DNA of 62,467 bases. Origin: a virus (lineage: Duplodnaviria; Caudoviricetes). Position numbers and translations under genes: made by a program. The stretch lies in the IMG/VR virus record IMGVR_UViG_3300030012_003842, positions 1 to 62,467 of that record. The stretch is one strand, 5' to 3'. Shown piece after piece: positions 41,857 through 51,588 of this stretch (the stretch's first letter is position 1; every line of letters starts with the position of its first letter). The notes beneath the pieces are model-generated. The model had not been told where the DNA came from and ran no database searches. It was given only the letters and a program-made list of their open reading frames with translations.

Positions 41857-42191
41857 TGAAATACTTTGATGAACATACTTGTATGATGAACAGTTATAAA
41901 TTACTAACTGGCAAAGCTTCTTATGAAGATTTATTAGAAGATGATAGCAATCCTCCAGCATTTATATTTAATCCTACTAAGCCTGTGGTATCTATGGAAG
42001 ATGATGTGTATGATGTATTAATGGAATACTTTGTAGAGCTGGAAGACTATGAAAAGTGTGCTGAATTAAAAGAACACAAGCTTCTTAATTCTTACTATAA
42101 TTTATCCTCTCCGCTTGTAACTTATAAAAATGGAATGCCTGCATTCCGCTCACGTGGGAATCGGTTGGGAAAAAATACTTCCAACCCTTAG
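41856..42191 (+). CDS. Hypothetical protein with UVR-like EDYEKCAELK motif
   Basis: Coupled to the upstream stop; motif visible. Confidence 0.6.
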   Translation: MKYFDEHTCMMNSYKLLTGKASYEDLLEDDSNPPAFIFNPTKPVVSMEDDVYDVLMEYFVELEDYEKCAELKEHKLLNSYYNLSSPLVTYKNGMPAFRSRGNRLGKNTSNP

Positions 42192-42417
42192 ACCTTCCTC
42201 TATTTATATAGTAACAAAAGGCCACGGCAAGCTTACCGCTTTGTTTTAAGTTAGATGTTTTTTTAAAATTTATTACAGCTGAATCATCTGAAAGTGGTAT
42301 GATATCGTGAACTGAAAATGTTTCTTTGTTTTGATTTCCGTCTCTGTTAAAATTTGAAAATCTATCAGCGATAGTTTGTGCAAATTTCTTGAGCTCAAGG
42401 GCTCTATCTCTATTCAT
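42085..42417 (-). CDS. Hypothetical protein
   Basis: Last gene of the minus-strand operon, coupled to the upstream ORF. Confidence 0.65.
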   Translation of the reverse strand: MNRDRALELKKFAQTIADRFSNFNRDGNQNKETFSVHDIIPLSDDSAVINFKKTSNLKQSGKLAVAFCYYINRGRSKGWKYFFPTDSHVSGMQAFHFYKLQAERINYSKN

Positions 42418-42608
42418 ATTTCATCGGTTAGTGATTGTATTAAATCGGCCATGACTTTGCAGATTTGTTGGGCAGTTTGCTTGGCCTTCTCATTGTCTCG
42501 GTCCATCAAGTCTTCGTAAAGTTTGTTAACGAGGTCATGACTTTCGTTAGTCACATGGTTTATGTGAGCAATAGATGAATGGTCATTCTTCGAAACAGGT
42601 GGTGTCAT
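42414..42608 (-). CDS. Hypothetical protein
   Basis: 64-aa helical ORF. Confidence 0.55.
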   Translation of the reverse strand: MTPPVSKNDHSSIAHINHVTNESHDLVNKLYEDLMDRDNEKAKQTAQQICKVMADLIQSLTDEI

Positions 42609-42639
42609 TTATTGTACAGTTGCTTCCCTATTGAACTGT

Positions 42640-43047
42640 CTATTCCTGAAGAGTGTCTAATTGTTTTTGTAATAGTTTCGACTCCAAATTAAGCAAAAAT
42701 ATTCTATCCTGCAAATCTTTTATCTGTTCAGAACGCTTAGTATACCTCTTTACATGGTACTTATCACCCCAGTTTTTCAACAATTCTACTTTTTTATCGG
42801 CTAAAGATTTGTTGTATTTAATCATGTAGGGTAGTTCATTGTAAGCATGTATAACAGTAGCATGGTTTTTGTTAAAAACTTTTGCTATCTGTTGATAGGT
42901 CATGTTTAAACAGTCTCTAAGTATACTGTAACAAACAGCCCTGGCAAGTATATATTCTTCTTTACGAGAGTTAAGATGTATGTCTAATTGAAAAGTTTTA
43001 CTTGCTTCTACTAACAAGTTTTGGATAGCTAAATCTTTTGTCGACAT
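42640..43047 (-). CDS. DnaA C-terminal-like helix-turn-helix protein
   Basis: SRKEEYILAR...TYQQIAKVFNKNHATVIHA matches the DnaA domain IV pattern. Confidence 0.8.
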   Translation of the reverse strand: MSTKDLAIQNLLVEASKTFQLDIHLNSRKEEYILARAVCYSILRDCLNMTYQQIAKVFNKNHATVIHAYNELPYMIKYNKSLADKKVELLKNWGDKYHVKRYTKRSEQIKDLQDRIFLLNLESKLLQKQLDTLQE

Positions 43048-43351
43048 CTAAATTTAATTTAAGATTTATAAAGTCTAAGTACTCGTCCATTTCAATAAAC
43101 TGTAAGTCGCTTAATACAATAAAGTTTTCCTCTGACTTGGTGATTTCAATAATAAAAGTTACAGGTTTACCAAAATGATAGACCAGGCCTGCTCGTACAT
43201 GTGAGCATAACCTGTCTACTTTTAGTTCAGGCAAGTGCTCTTCAATGTATAAAGCAATAGTTAAAGATAATGTAGAAGGAACGTTTTCTAATGCAGAAAT
43301 AAAATAATCATCTAATTCAAAGTCCTTTACGTACGATAACTTTACATCCAT
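42998..43351 (-). CDS. Hypothetical protein
   Basis: ORF track; probable start at MDVKLSY (43351). Confidence 0.55.
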   Translation of the reverse strand: MDVKLSYVKDFELDDYFISALENVPSTLSLTIALYIEEHLPELKVDRLCSHVRAGLVYHFGKPVTFIIEITKSEENFIVLSDLQFIEMDEYLDFINLKLNLDVDKRFSYPKLVSRSK

Positions 43352-43562
43352 GTTCTTGTAGTTCTTCAATTCTATATTCTTGTAGCTTTGAAACTTTCCC
43401 ATTTGTTTTTTTGACTTCAATAAATTCGACATCAGAGTTTGGAGGTATAGCTATTAGGTCAGGGATTCCATTTTTATTTGTCATCTTTAACTTAATAACG
43501 TAGTACCCTTTAGCTTCCATCTCTTTAATTACTTTAGCTTGTATCTTCTGCTCCGTCATCAC
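43317..43562 (-). CDS. VRR-NUC / PD-(D/E)XK nuclease
   Basis: EQKIQ...GIPDL...FIEVK...SKLQ motifs. Confidence 0.85.
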   Translation of the reverse strand: MMTEQKIQAKVIKEMEAKGYYVIKLKMTNKNGIPDLIAIPPNSDVEFIEVKKTNGKVSKLQEYRIEELQEHGCKVIVRKGL

Positions 43563-44796
43563 CTAAAGTTACTAAATCTTTCTTGAAATGATTGAGCGTA
43601 TAATCTTTCTTTTTAACAACAGCTTTGTAGATTTGTTTTTCAATACCAGTTTTGGAAAAGACCCAATAGATTTTATTATACAACCTATCTTTAGTTGTCA
43701 TTCTATCTCTTGATTGCCAATAACTTGTGGCACTGAAATCAATATTATAATATACTAAAGCTTCTGCTTTACGTAAACTAATTCCTTCACGACCGCTCAC
43801 AATTTGTAAAGCAATAGAACGTGGTGTCGTGTTAAACACATCAAGAGTTTCGCAAAGTAAATTACCATATTCTTCTTTCAATGCGTTTAATTCTTCTTTA
43901 AATTTATAGAAGATTGCAATCTTTTTACCAGCAAACTTGTTTCTTATGTAGCTGGCTTTGTTAGTACAAAGCACCATAGAGTTTCCGCTTTCAAACTTTA
44001 TAGTTCCTGAACTCATTTGGTGAGTCTTTATCATGAGCTTGACTGGAGTGTCAGCAAGTATAACTTCTTCTTCACCCTTTAAAACTCTATCCTTTGATAG
44101 TTTCTTCATCATGTCTGTAACATCAGGACAAATGTCTACGTATAAAATCTCTTCGTCTGTCTGAACTTTGAAGCCAGCTTCTTTTTGAGAGTATGATATC
44201 ATATACTTCTTCATAGTCTTTAGTATATTATCTGTGCCTTTAGAGTAATCATTGATAGGAAATCCATTTATAATTTTCTTTGTAACAGTAACATAGTTGT
44301 TTGCAAACTGATAAAAGTTTTTACAGTAGGCAAAAGGATTAGATGGAATGCCAGATACTTGATGATACATTTGACTATATGATTCTGGTGTTGGTGTTCC
44401 TGATAACAGAATAACTCTTGGGTGATGAATATCAATCAGTCTTTTAATTTGTTTACTTCTTTTGTTTTGTTTTGGATATGCTCCAATGGTATGAGCTTCA
44501 TCAATAATTATAAAATCATATATCATATCATGAGATACTTTGTGCAGTGATTCGTAATTAATTACATCCAGTTTAAACGGTGCCTCTAACAAACTCATAT
44601 CATGAAGTATACTTGATATCGCTTTCTTCTTGGTAACAAACAAAACGTTCGTTGCGTTTAAACGTTGGCATATACTTAAGCTTGTTAATGTTTTACCTGT
44701 CCTTACTTCCATTGCCAGATAGACAAACCCGTACCGTGTTACAAGCTCAGCACCCTGTGTTACAATTTGTTTTTGATATGGTCTAAGTTTTATCAT
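43534..44796 (-). CDS. Superfamily 2 (SNF2-like) helicase
   Basis: LRPYQ, RTGKT, IIDEAH, LSGTP, GREGISL, QSRDR. Confidence 0.88.
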   Translation of the reverse strand: MIKLRPYQKQIVTQGAELVTRYGFVYLAMEVRTGKTLTSLSICQRLNATNVLFVTKKKAISSILHDMSLLEAPFKLDVINYESLHKVSHDMIYDFIIIDEAHTIGAYPKQNKRSKQIKRLIDIHHPRVILLSGTPTPESYSQMYHQVSGIPSNPFAYCKNFYQFANNYVTVTKKIINGFPINDYSKGTDNILKTMKKYMISYSQKEAGFKVQTDEEILYVDICPDVTDMMKKLSKDRVLKGEEEVILADTPVKLMIKTHQMSSGTIKFESGNSMVLCTNKASYIRNKFAGKKIAIFYKFKEELNALKEEYGNLLCETLDVFNTTPRSIALQIVSGREGISLRKAEALVYYNIDFSATSYWQSRDRMTTKDRLYNKIYWVFSKTGIEKQIYKAVVKKKDYTLNHFKKDLVTLGDDGAEDTS

Positions 44797-47201
44797 CAGA
44801 ATGGAAAGTCTTGTTGTTCATCGAGCTCAGATTTATGTCTGAATCTAATCCACCTGGCGTGCATATCTCTACCTTCTTCAGGTGCACAACCATAATGATA
44901 TAAAGAGAATGCAACCAGCCACTTAGAAAATCTAACCCTGGATACACTCATCTTAGACTTCGGTGCAAAGTCTGGATTGTCTTCTACAAAGTCAGTATAC
45001 AATTCATTCTTAGGAATCTTACCTCCAACCTTAAGCTTATCATGTATTGGATTGTCACCAATAACACCACACCACTCAATAAACTCATGGCAAGTTTCAG
45101 CTGAAAGTTTTCTAATTTTAAGGTTGACAAATTCACTCTTCATCAATCCTTTCTCTAAATATAATTGTAAACATTGAATCATATAGTTATCAAACTGACA
45201 CCACTCCTCATCATTCCAATCCCCAAACATAAGTTTACCAAACTCTTCAAGCGGAGTGTAATCTTTATTATAGTGGTGAGCTAACTCCAGCTCCCACTTA
45301 CGTCTTTCAAATGATGTACCTTTACCTTTAATAGCATAGTTAGTTGTAATAGTTATCTTCGGTGACTTAGCAAATGGTATCTTGATTGCGTCTTTGTTTT
45401 TCTTTTCTAATGTTAAACCCTCTGTTACTACTGAAAACAATCTTTCAAAATCAAAATGTTTTTTAACATCATCAAAGCAAAGCACCTGAGTATCAGCACT
45501 TACCAGCTGGTATGCAAACGAACGTTCAAAGTTAAATGACTTACCGTCAATGACTACAACTTTTTTCATGTGGCTAAGTCCGTTTACCCACAGACCCTTA
45601 CCGCTACCACCTTCAGGATTATCTGAAATCATTTCATCATTTAATATAACAGCAGGACAATATGCCAGGTTCTTCCAACCATGAAGCATGTAGCCAATCG
45701 TAGAGCGCATACTGTTTACACGCTGTGCGTTATTACCACAAATGTTTTGGATAAACTTTTGATAATCACAATCAATGCTTTCACATAAAGCAAAGTCTCT
45801 ATCAATAACATGGTCTTTCCAAACATAACCACCAAGGTCTAAGTAATCTATCTGTTTGATGTTGTTATATGTAATCTCAACAGCTCCGTTTCTATAATAT
45901 AAATAAGACGTTTCTTTTTTATCTTCAATAAAGTATACATCAATAGATGAAAGCAATGTCAAGAACTCTTCACGAAAGTATCTTGTATGTTCAGCAAAGT
46001 AATTGTATACTGAGATATCATCTATCTCTAAAAGATAATTAAGTATGTAATCTTTTATTTCTTTTTCTGATGTATGGTCTATCAAGTTGTTAGTTACTTT
46101 TACGAAGACGTAGTTCTTGGAACCTTCAGGGCAAAACTTATAAAACCCATTCTCTTCTAAAAAGTTTTTAAAAGATATGTGTACAATTTTTATAACCCCT
46201 TTCTCATTCTTGGTCCAGAACTGATGGTTGCTTTGCTCTTCTTCTAATCTATTAATAACATTCTCAACAAGGTTAGGGTCGAGCTCTGTTAACTGAGTTC
46301 TTAATTCTTTTTTTGACACACCTCTTTTAAGCTTATGCTTAATCATGTTTACTTTCTCATCATCTTCATAATACTTTGTTCCAAAGTTTTGAATCTGTGC
46401 ATAAGCAGAGTCAACAGTTCTTTTTATTTCAGAGCGTTTAAACGTTGTGGTTTCAAATCCACCGAGAACATACTCAGCCAGAGTTTTTGTAACACCATAA
46501 TCATTAAATGCTGCTGCTAAAACATAAGCGTTATTGTTTCTTTGTCCCTCGCTCATTGGGTATTTCTTTTGCCACCACTTTACAAGTATCTCTACTATTT
46601 TATTTTCGTCAGTAATTGGTATAGTCTGCAGGTCAACATTCTTTATGACCTCAGTATATTCTTTTTCTTCTTGTTTGTCCCACACACTTGCGTTCTCATT
46701 GATATGTATAAGCGGGTCGTAGCTTTCATAACAAACACGTGATACATTCTTACAAGTTTTATCGAACTGTGGTGAGTTAAAATGTTTTTCTAAACTATTA
46801 AAGTAACTTACATGATTGTCAGGCAGGGGTGGTATCTTTACTATCGCTTTCAATCCTTTACCAGACGGTGATATAAATACTGAATAAACATATTTGTTTT
46901 TAGAAAGTCTTTCTTTTTCTTGCAACAAATCTCTTTGTGAATCGTAACCGTCAAAGTCTAAACAAATCAAACCACTATGTTGGCTAAGTGATTTATCATT
47001 ACGCTTTGTAAACTTACCGCTGAAACAAATAGCGGGCAGCTTTTGTTTTAATGTGTTTACTTTTTCCTTATCCTTTTCTTCTCTAATTCTTTTAACTAAA
47101 TCTTTAGAAGCTCCTTCTTTTATTCTATTTAAAATAACTAAAGCACCCCTATAAAAAGGTTGAGATGTAACTTTTATGTCTTTAAATATTGTTATTTCCA
47201 T
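44796..47201 (-). CDS. Primase-helicase (VirE/BT4734-like N-terminus, P-loop C-terminus)
   Basis: KQKLP...HSGLICLDFD, FISPSGKGLK, GQRNN, GGSGKG Walker A, FDD, ITTN. Confidence 0.85.
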   Translation of the reverse strand: MEITIFKDIKVTSQPFYRGALVILNRIKEGASKDLVKRIREEKDKEKVNTLKQKLPAICFSGKFTKRNDKSLSQHSGLICLDFDGYDSQRDLLQEKERLSKNKYVYSVFISPSGKGLKAIVKIPPLPDNHVSYFNSLEKHFNSPQFDKTCKNVSRVCYESYDPLIHINENASVWDKQEEKEYTEVIKNVDLQTIPITDENKIVEILVKWWQKKYPMSEGQRNNNAYVLAAAFNDYGVTKTLAEYVLGGFETTTFKRSEIKRTVDSAYAQIQNFGTKYYEDDEKVNMIKHKLKRGVSKKELRTQLTELDPNLVENVINRLEEEQSNHQFWTKNEKGVIKIVHISFKNFLEENGFYKFCPEGSKNYVFVKVTNNLIDHTSEKEIKDYILNYLLEIDDISVYNYFAEHTRYFREEFLTLLSSIDVYFIEDKKETSYLYYRNGAVEITYNNIKQIDYLDLGGYVWKDHVIDRDFALCESIDCDYQKFIQNICGNNAQRVNSMRSTIGYMLHGWKNLAYCPAVILNDEMISDNPEGGSGKGLWVNGLSHMKKVVVIDGKSFNFERSFAYQLVSADTQVLCFDDVKKHFDFERLFSVVTEGLTLEKKNKDAIKIPFAKSPKITITTNYAIKGKGTSFERRKWELELAHHYNKDYTPLEEFGKLMFGDWNDEEWCQFDNYMIQCLQLYLEKGLMKSEFVNLKIRKLSAETCHEFIEWCGVIGDNPIHDKLKVGGKIPKNELYTDFVEDNPDFAPKSKMSVSRVRFSKWLVAFSLYHYGCAPEEGRDMHARWIRFRHKSELDEQQDFPF

Positions 47202-47220
47202 TCAATTATATTCTATTTTT

Positions 47221-47329
47221 TATGACGAGAATGACAAAGTAAAGTAATAAAATAGATATAGATAAATATAAAATCAAAATTATTCTGTCAATCGTTTTGT
47301 TTAATTTGAGTTTGTCATAATCAACATAA
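47221..47329. promoter_or_regulatory. AT-rich intergenic region with (T)ATGAC/GTCAT(A) repeats
   Basis: TATGACGAGAATGACAAA and TTGTCATAA flank an AT-rich core upstream of the primase. Confidence 0.35.
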
Positions 47330-47366
47330 AGAAGGGGGGATAAACCAAACTCACAAAAGCCCCCCT
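47328..47366 (-). terminator. Possible intrinsic terminator after the SSB-like gene
   Basis: Minus strand AGGGGGG...CCCCCCT followed by TCTTT; the loop is long. Confidence 0.4.
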
Positions 47367-47399
47367 AAATTATGCTGCGCCTTTCGGCTTCCAAAATTT

Positions 47400-47654
47400 T
47401 TAGAATCCCAAGTCGTCACTGTCGTTCTGAGGTTCAGGCTTCCAAGTGTTCACTTCAACAGAGTGAGTCTTACCGTATTCGTCAGTCTCTTTTTTCTTGT
47501 TGACTTTGAGTTTAGTGTACCACTTACCTTCGTACTCGAACCTATGTTCTTGTGGAATCTTTGATAAGCAAACAGTAATCTCTACAAGATTGCCATCAAA
47601 CTTTTCAACACCACTTCCACAATATAACTTTTCGTTCTTAACTTCTGTACTCAT
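47400..47654 (-). CDS. Putative single-stranded DNA-binding protein
   Basis: DEYGKTHSV motif and acidic tail ending DDLGF; start at MSTEVK. Confidence 0.6.
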   Translation of the reverse strand: MSTEVKNEKLYCGSGVEKFDGNLVEITVCLSKIPQEHRFEYEGKWYTKLKVNKKKETDEYGKTHSVEVNTWKPEPQNDSDDLGF

Positions 47655-47655
47655 A

Positions 47656-47823
47656 TTATTTAATTTTAATATTACGCTCCAAAATATTAACAGCATTTAG
47701 AATGGTTGTTTCCCTTTCCTCTTTGCTCATGTAGATAGTTGGAACTTCTATCCACAATTTTTTATCATCAGTTTTATACCTCCGTTTAAACGACCTATAG
47801 AACTTCTGTATATATGTAATCAT
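47656..47823 (-). CDS. Hypothetical protein
   Basis: Probable start at MITYIQ. Confidence 0.45.
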   Translation of the reverse strand: MITYIQKFYRSFKRRYKTDDKKLWIEVPTIYMSKEERETTILNAVNILERNIKIK

Positions 47824-48595
47824 TGATGTCGCAAGGCGCATCACTACTAAAAAATTTCTCATAAACTTTAATTGCTTTTTTAACATTGTCTTCCCCTTTG
47901 TCTATAAACTCTTGACTCGTAGGAAAAACTTTTAATAATCCATCGTTCTTACCTATAGCTACAAAGACAAACGGTTTACCAAACAACTGTTGGTATATGT
48001 AGGCTTGTGAATTGTAGCAATAAGCAGAACAAGAATGTCTAAACTTGAATATATCAGAGCTGGTTTTCAAATCCACGACAGCTCCGTCTGGATAATCCAT
48101 AATAAAAGTCTGACCATCGTGCTCAATCTCCAGCTCAAATGGTTCATGAACCAATACATCACACTTACCTTTGAACATGTGACCATGTATTTCTTTTATG
48201 TTAGGTACTTCATACTCAGTCTTATCACCATACACCAAATCAAACACGGTCCAGTTGCTTAACATCTTATCTACCAAGTTATCTAAAGCGTCCTTTTCTT
48301 TTGTTAAAAGCACATCGTATTGGTCAAGCTGTTGCTCAATCTTATACTGTTTAAACGCATTGGTAGTTCTTGATGAGGCATTGAATACTGGTATCGTGTC
48401 TATCTTTTCTGGCTCCAGAATTTTTGTATGAAAGTATCTTCCTTGTAATAAAGGTAAAGTCTTTTCTGATTTATTAAAGTCAGTAGGCTTGTAAAGTAAT
48501 TGTCTGATATTAGAAGCAGATAAAAACTGCTTACCAAACTTACCATAATACTCTGAATCCTTTTGTAGTTTCTTAAGTATCTTACTTCTTTCCAT
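47795..48595 (-). CDS. PD-(D/E)XK exonuclease (exonuclease VIII/DUF3799-like)
   Basis: LSASNI, GRYFH, KGKCD, VDLKTS, YNSQAYIY. Confidence 0.82.
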   Translation of the reverse strand: MERSKILKKLQKDSEYYGKFGKQFLSASNIRQLLYKPTDFNKSEKTLPLLQGRYFHTKILEPEKIDTIPVFNASSRTTNAFKQYKIEQQLDQYDVLLTKEKDALDNLVDKMLSNWTVFDLVYGDKTEYEVPNIKEIHGHMFKGKCDVLVHEPFELEIEHDGQTFIMDYPDGAVVDLKTSSDIFKFRHSCSAYCYNSQAYIYQQLFGKPFVFVAIGKNDGLLKVFPTSQEFIDKGEDNVKKAIKVYEKFFSSDAPCDINDYIYTEVL

Positions 48596-49166
48596 TAATA
48601 GCTTTCTTGAGTTTAGTTTTAATGGCAGGAGTTACCTTATACTTTGTTGACAGCTGTGCCACAATGTAATCCAAACCTTTATCTTTATTCTTAGCTACGT
48701 ACATCAAGACCTTGTCCCACTTGTCTGTAGTTAATTCAAAGGTTTGCTCCTTTTGAACAGGTTTATCTTTCGCCTCGTTTAAACGACCTGTGTCTTCCCC
48801 TATCCACAACGATAAACCAAGTCCGTGCATTGCAATAGCTTTAGCAGTAGCTCTTTGTATTGCATTGTTTACATCAAATGAAGTTATCTTTGTTAAAGGT
48901 ATAGAACGATTAGCGTTATCTAACACTGGCAGATAATCAATGTGTTCAATATCATTAATAACTATTCCAACTTTTACATTAGCAAACTTACCGTCTGTGA
49001 AATAAGGCATGCCCATTTCATTTTCATAAACGATTCTGTTTGCAGTTGGATACTCTTGCTTAACGTAATGCCAAGCCCAAGCCCAAGACAAGTAGTCATA
49101 CCTGCCTTTCTTTTCAACCTTATCGGCTACTGAGATTGCACTCAGATTTTTATAAACATTTTCCAT
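48582..49166 (-). CDS. Sak-like (DUF1071) single-strand annealing protein
   Basis: YLSWAWAW, LPVLD, AIAMHGLGLSLWIGED. Confidence 0.85.
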   Translation of the reverse strand: MENVYKNLSAISVADKVEKKGRYDYLSWAWAWHYVKQEYPTANRIVYENEMGMPYFTDGKFANVKVGIVINDIEHIDYLPVLDNANRSIPLTKITSFDVNNAIQRATAKAIAMHGLGLSLWIGEDTGRLNEAKDKPVQKEQTFELTTDKWDKVLMYVAKNKDKGLDYIVAQLSTKYKVTPAIKTKLKKAINGKK

Positions 49167-49167
49167 A

Positions 49168-49560
49168 TTATAATTTATTAAGTTCTGTTTTTAAATTTGT
49201 ATACTTATTAAGTAACGTTTCCCTGCGGTTCTTTAAGTTCTGAATATGCTTATCGTTCTTACGAGTATTCAATTCAGTCTTAATTCTTGACTCAATTATA
49301 GACAGCTTATGCAAGCAGTTGCTCATGCTAACTTGCGTACAACCCTTACGCCAGCCGTCTCTATAAAAGAAATCATACTCTTCATCGGAACACTCTTTAA
49401 AATAGTCACCGCCTTTTCCCATGTTGAGTATTTGTATACCGTCATCAAACTGTTGTATCTTCACACCCCTACCAATAACGCTTACACCTTTCGGTAAAAC
49501 ATTCTTAATACTTTTCGGGTCTTCCAAAGCTTGAATCATGATATCTTTGCGTTTAAACAT
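49168..49560 (-). CDS. Hypothetical protein
   Basis: 130-aa ORF within the operon. Confidence 0.65.
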   Translation of the reverse strand: MFKRKDIMIQALEDPKSIKNVLPKGVSVIGRGVKIQQFDDGIQILNMGKGGDYFKECSDEEYDFFYRDGWRKGCTQVSMSNCLHKLSIIESRIKTELNTRKNDKHIQNLKNRRETLLNKYTNLKTELNKL

Positions 49561-49561
49561 G

Positions 49562-49867
49562 CTATACTTTTAAATTCTGCAGCTCGATTAACTCAACGAT
49601 AGCCTTGTAGTCTTCATCTTCTTCAACCATTTTCTTAGCTTTCTTATAGCCATGAATGATAGTGGAATGAAAAACATCGCAGCCATGCTCTGCCATATAC
49701 CTTTGTATATAAGAAACTCTAATAGGTCTTTCCATACATAAGTAATAAAGCATTTGTCTGGCGTCAACCAAGTCTCTTCGTTTATCTTTATTAAACATCT
49801 CATCTAATTCAAGATGAAATTGTTTAGCTACTGCGTTTGCATACGCTTCAAATATATTACCTTTCAT
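49562..49867 (-). CDS. Second DnaA C-terminal-like helix-turn-helix protein
   Basis: KRRDLVDARQMLYYLC...HSTIIHGYKK. Confidence 0.75.
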   Translation of the reverse strand: MKGNIFEAYANAVAKQFHLELDEMFNKDKRRDLVDARQMLYYLCMERPIRVSYIQRYMAEHGCDVFHSTIIHGYKKAKKMVEEDEDYKAIVELIELQNLKV

Positions 49868-50190
49868 TATTTAAATTCTTTTAATTTTTGATTCTTTCCT
49901 TCAATCAAGATATCCTTGATTTTATTTTCTTCTTTCTTTACTTGCACCTTATATAATATAAGATAACCAATTAAGTCTTGAACCGTATCTTCAGTGAGGT
50001 CGTTTAAACCCTTCTGCTTTATCCTGCTAAGCTTGTCATCAATACGTGCAAGCAATCCTTCTTTTGGAGATAGCTTACTAAAAATTTGTGGTGGATTATT
50101 AGCCGTGTCACCATAGGCTTTGTTCTTTTCAAGTAGCAGAAGGACAACCTCCTTACCAACCTGTTTAATTAAGTCTTCAGTTTTAACCAT
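49867..50190 (-). CDS. Nucleotide modification associated domain 1-like (DUF1599-like) protein
   Basis: KNKAYGD, RIDDKLSRI, EDTVQDLIGYLIL. Confidence 0.75.
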   Translation of the reverse strand: MVKTEDLIKQVGKEVVLLLLEKNKAYGDTANNPPQIFSKLSPKEGLLARIDDKLSRIKQKGLNDLTEDTVQDLIGYLILYKVQVKKEENKIKDILIEGKNQKLKEFK

Positions 50191-50332
50191 AAATAATTTT
50201 TAATATTTCATATAATAAAAAAGCGAAGAAGCAAACAGCACAAAGACCAATAAGAAATTCCATGAATCTATATTGTCCTTCACGCTGTTTAAACGACCTA
50301 CCTTGTCTATATCTTTTATCTTCTTCTGTCAT
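50183..50332 (-). CDS. Small membrane protein (49 aa)
   Basis: Manually translated MTEEDKRYRQGRSFKQ... plus a hydrophobic helix; coupled at both ends. Confidence 0.6.
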   Translation of the reverse strand: MTEEDKRYRQGRSFKQREGQYRFMEFLIGLCAVCFFAFLLYEILKIIYG

Positions 50333-50502
50333 ATAAACAAGGGTGGTTCTTCATCGTTCTTACCCCAAGGAATAGGAGGAAGCTCTGGCTTAGGCTTAGG
50401 CTTCTCTTCTTTATCTTCTTCCTTGTCGATAGGAAACAAACTGTTAAGAAATTTATCAAACACTTTGTCCTGATATTTAAATTCGTTATTTAATTTCGCC
50501 AT
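50329..50502 (-). CDS. Small Pro-rich hypothetical protein (57 aa)
   Basis: Manually translated MAKLNNEFKYQDKVFDKFLN...; directly downstream of a promoter. Confidence 0.6.
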   Translation of the reverse strand: MAKLNNEFKYQDKVFDKFLNSLFPIDKEEDKEEKPKPKPELPPIPWGKNDEEPPLFI

Positions 50503-50523
50503 TTAATTTAATTTTAATTGTTG

Positions 50524-50555
50524 CAAATTTATACAATCTATTTATATTTTCCAAA
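50524..50555 (-). promoter_or_regulatory. Bacteroidota sigma-A promoter for the replication operon
   Basis: TTTG-N20-TAAATTTG on the minus strand. Confidence 0.7.
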
Positions 50556-50570
50556 CAATTTGCAAACAAA

Positions 50571-50804
50571 TTAATACCAAGGTTTATTCTCAATCGCATA
50601 CTCTCTAACGTCCGTGTGTACAGAATCATCTACATAATCCCAATAGAAATCCGTGATATCCTGACCGTTAAGCCATACTCCTTTTATAGTTAAGTCGTCT
50701 TCAGGGGGTTGATAGTAGTCACCATTATCCCAGTAATAAGAAAAGTCTATATGTAATGTATAGGTTTCTTCTTCTTTCACGTAGGTTCCTTGATACTTAC
50801 TCAT
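50571..50804 (-). CDS. Hypothetical early protein
   Basis: 77-aa acidic, aromatic ORF. Confidence 0.65.
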   Translation of the reverse strand: MSKYQGTYVKEEETYTLHIDFSYYWDNGDYYQPPEDDLTIKGVWLNGQDITDFYWDYVDDSVHTDVREYAIENKPWY

Positions 50805-51271
50805 AGTTGTAGTGGCTGTACGTTTAAACGATGTATAATCTCATGCTCTATCTCATCGTATTGTTTGTTAAAAAATTCTTGAGCGTCCTCAGTGTATTCC
50901 AAAGTGTCTGAATCATTATCTGCATAAGTCATGTGACCAAACTTCGCTTCGGTAACTCTGTTTGCAAGGTGACATATTACAGAAATAAAATCTGAATTGT
51001 CTACCACCCGCTCGTTTAAACGGACTTCAATATCATAGTCATCACGGAGCCCTGCAATAAGGTGAACCGTATACATGTTTTCGTGGACGTGGTCTAAGAG
51101 TTCTTGTATCTGACTTAAGTCATCAGAAGCTACCCAGCCTTTGCCCCACAGCATGTTAGCCACATTAGATAGTTCATTGTATCCAACAAAATGATACGTG
51201 CTCATGTATCGTTGGTCTAAGTCTATACTAATATAGTGTTCGCTTTTGTTTTTCATTTTTGCTTTTGCCAT
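50801..51271 (-). CDS. Hypothetical early protein
   Basis: 156-aa ORF with A-rich leader. Confidence 0.65.
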   Translation of the reverse strand: MAKAKMKNKSEHYISIDLDQRYMSTYHFVGYNELSNVANMLWGKGWVASDDLSQIQELLDHVHENMYTVHLIAGLRDDYDIEVRLNERVVDNSDFISVICHLANRVTEAKFGHMTYADNDSDTLEYTEDAQEFFNKQYDEIEHEIIHRLNVQPLQL

Positions 51272-51282
51272 ATAATAAAGTT

Positions 51283-51588
51283 TTAAAGGTTATAAAAATA
51301 TTCTGTTTCGTCACGGTGTTTAAACGCAATCTCTTGTGCTTCAAGTCGTTGGTCTGGGTGGACGCAAATGAATTTGATTTTCATAAAACAATTTGATGAA
51401 TCACCCCACACACAACGGTACTTAATCTTTGCTTGTCTTAGTTTCTTGCAGAAGCTATCGACTTCACTCGTTGCAGTCTCATGCCATTGGTCTGTAAAGT
51501 TACAACCACCAACAGCATTGACTGGCTCCAACCATGAACGCCACCCGTCCAGTCTGAAGACTTTTGTTTTTGTAGTATTAATATGCAC
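51283..51588 (-). CDS. Hypothetical early protein
   Basis: ORF track extends to 51654; probable start is the in-frame GTG overlapping the upstream gene end. Confidence 0.5.
   Translation of the reverse strand: MHINTTKTKVFRLDGWRSWLEPVNAVGGCNFTDQWHETATSEVDSFCKKLRQAKIKYRCVWGDSSNCFMKIKFICVHPDQRLEAQEIAFKHRDETEYFYNL

Noticed and set aside
42085-42191. 107-bp convergent gene overlap as a regulatory feature
   Set aside because: Probably a non-conserved C-terminal run-on of the plus-strand ORF; no other support
47371-47400. GCC-GAAA-GGC mini-hairpin as part of an ncRNA
   Set aside because: A 3-bp stem is too little evidence without comparative data
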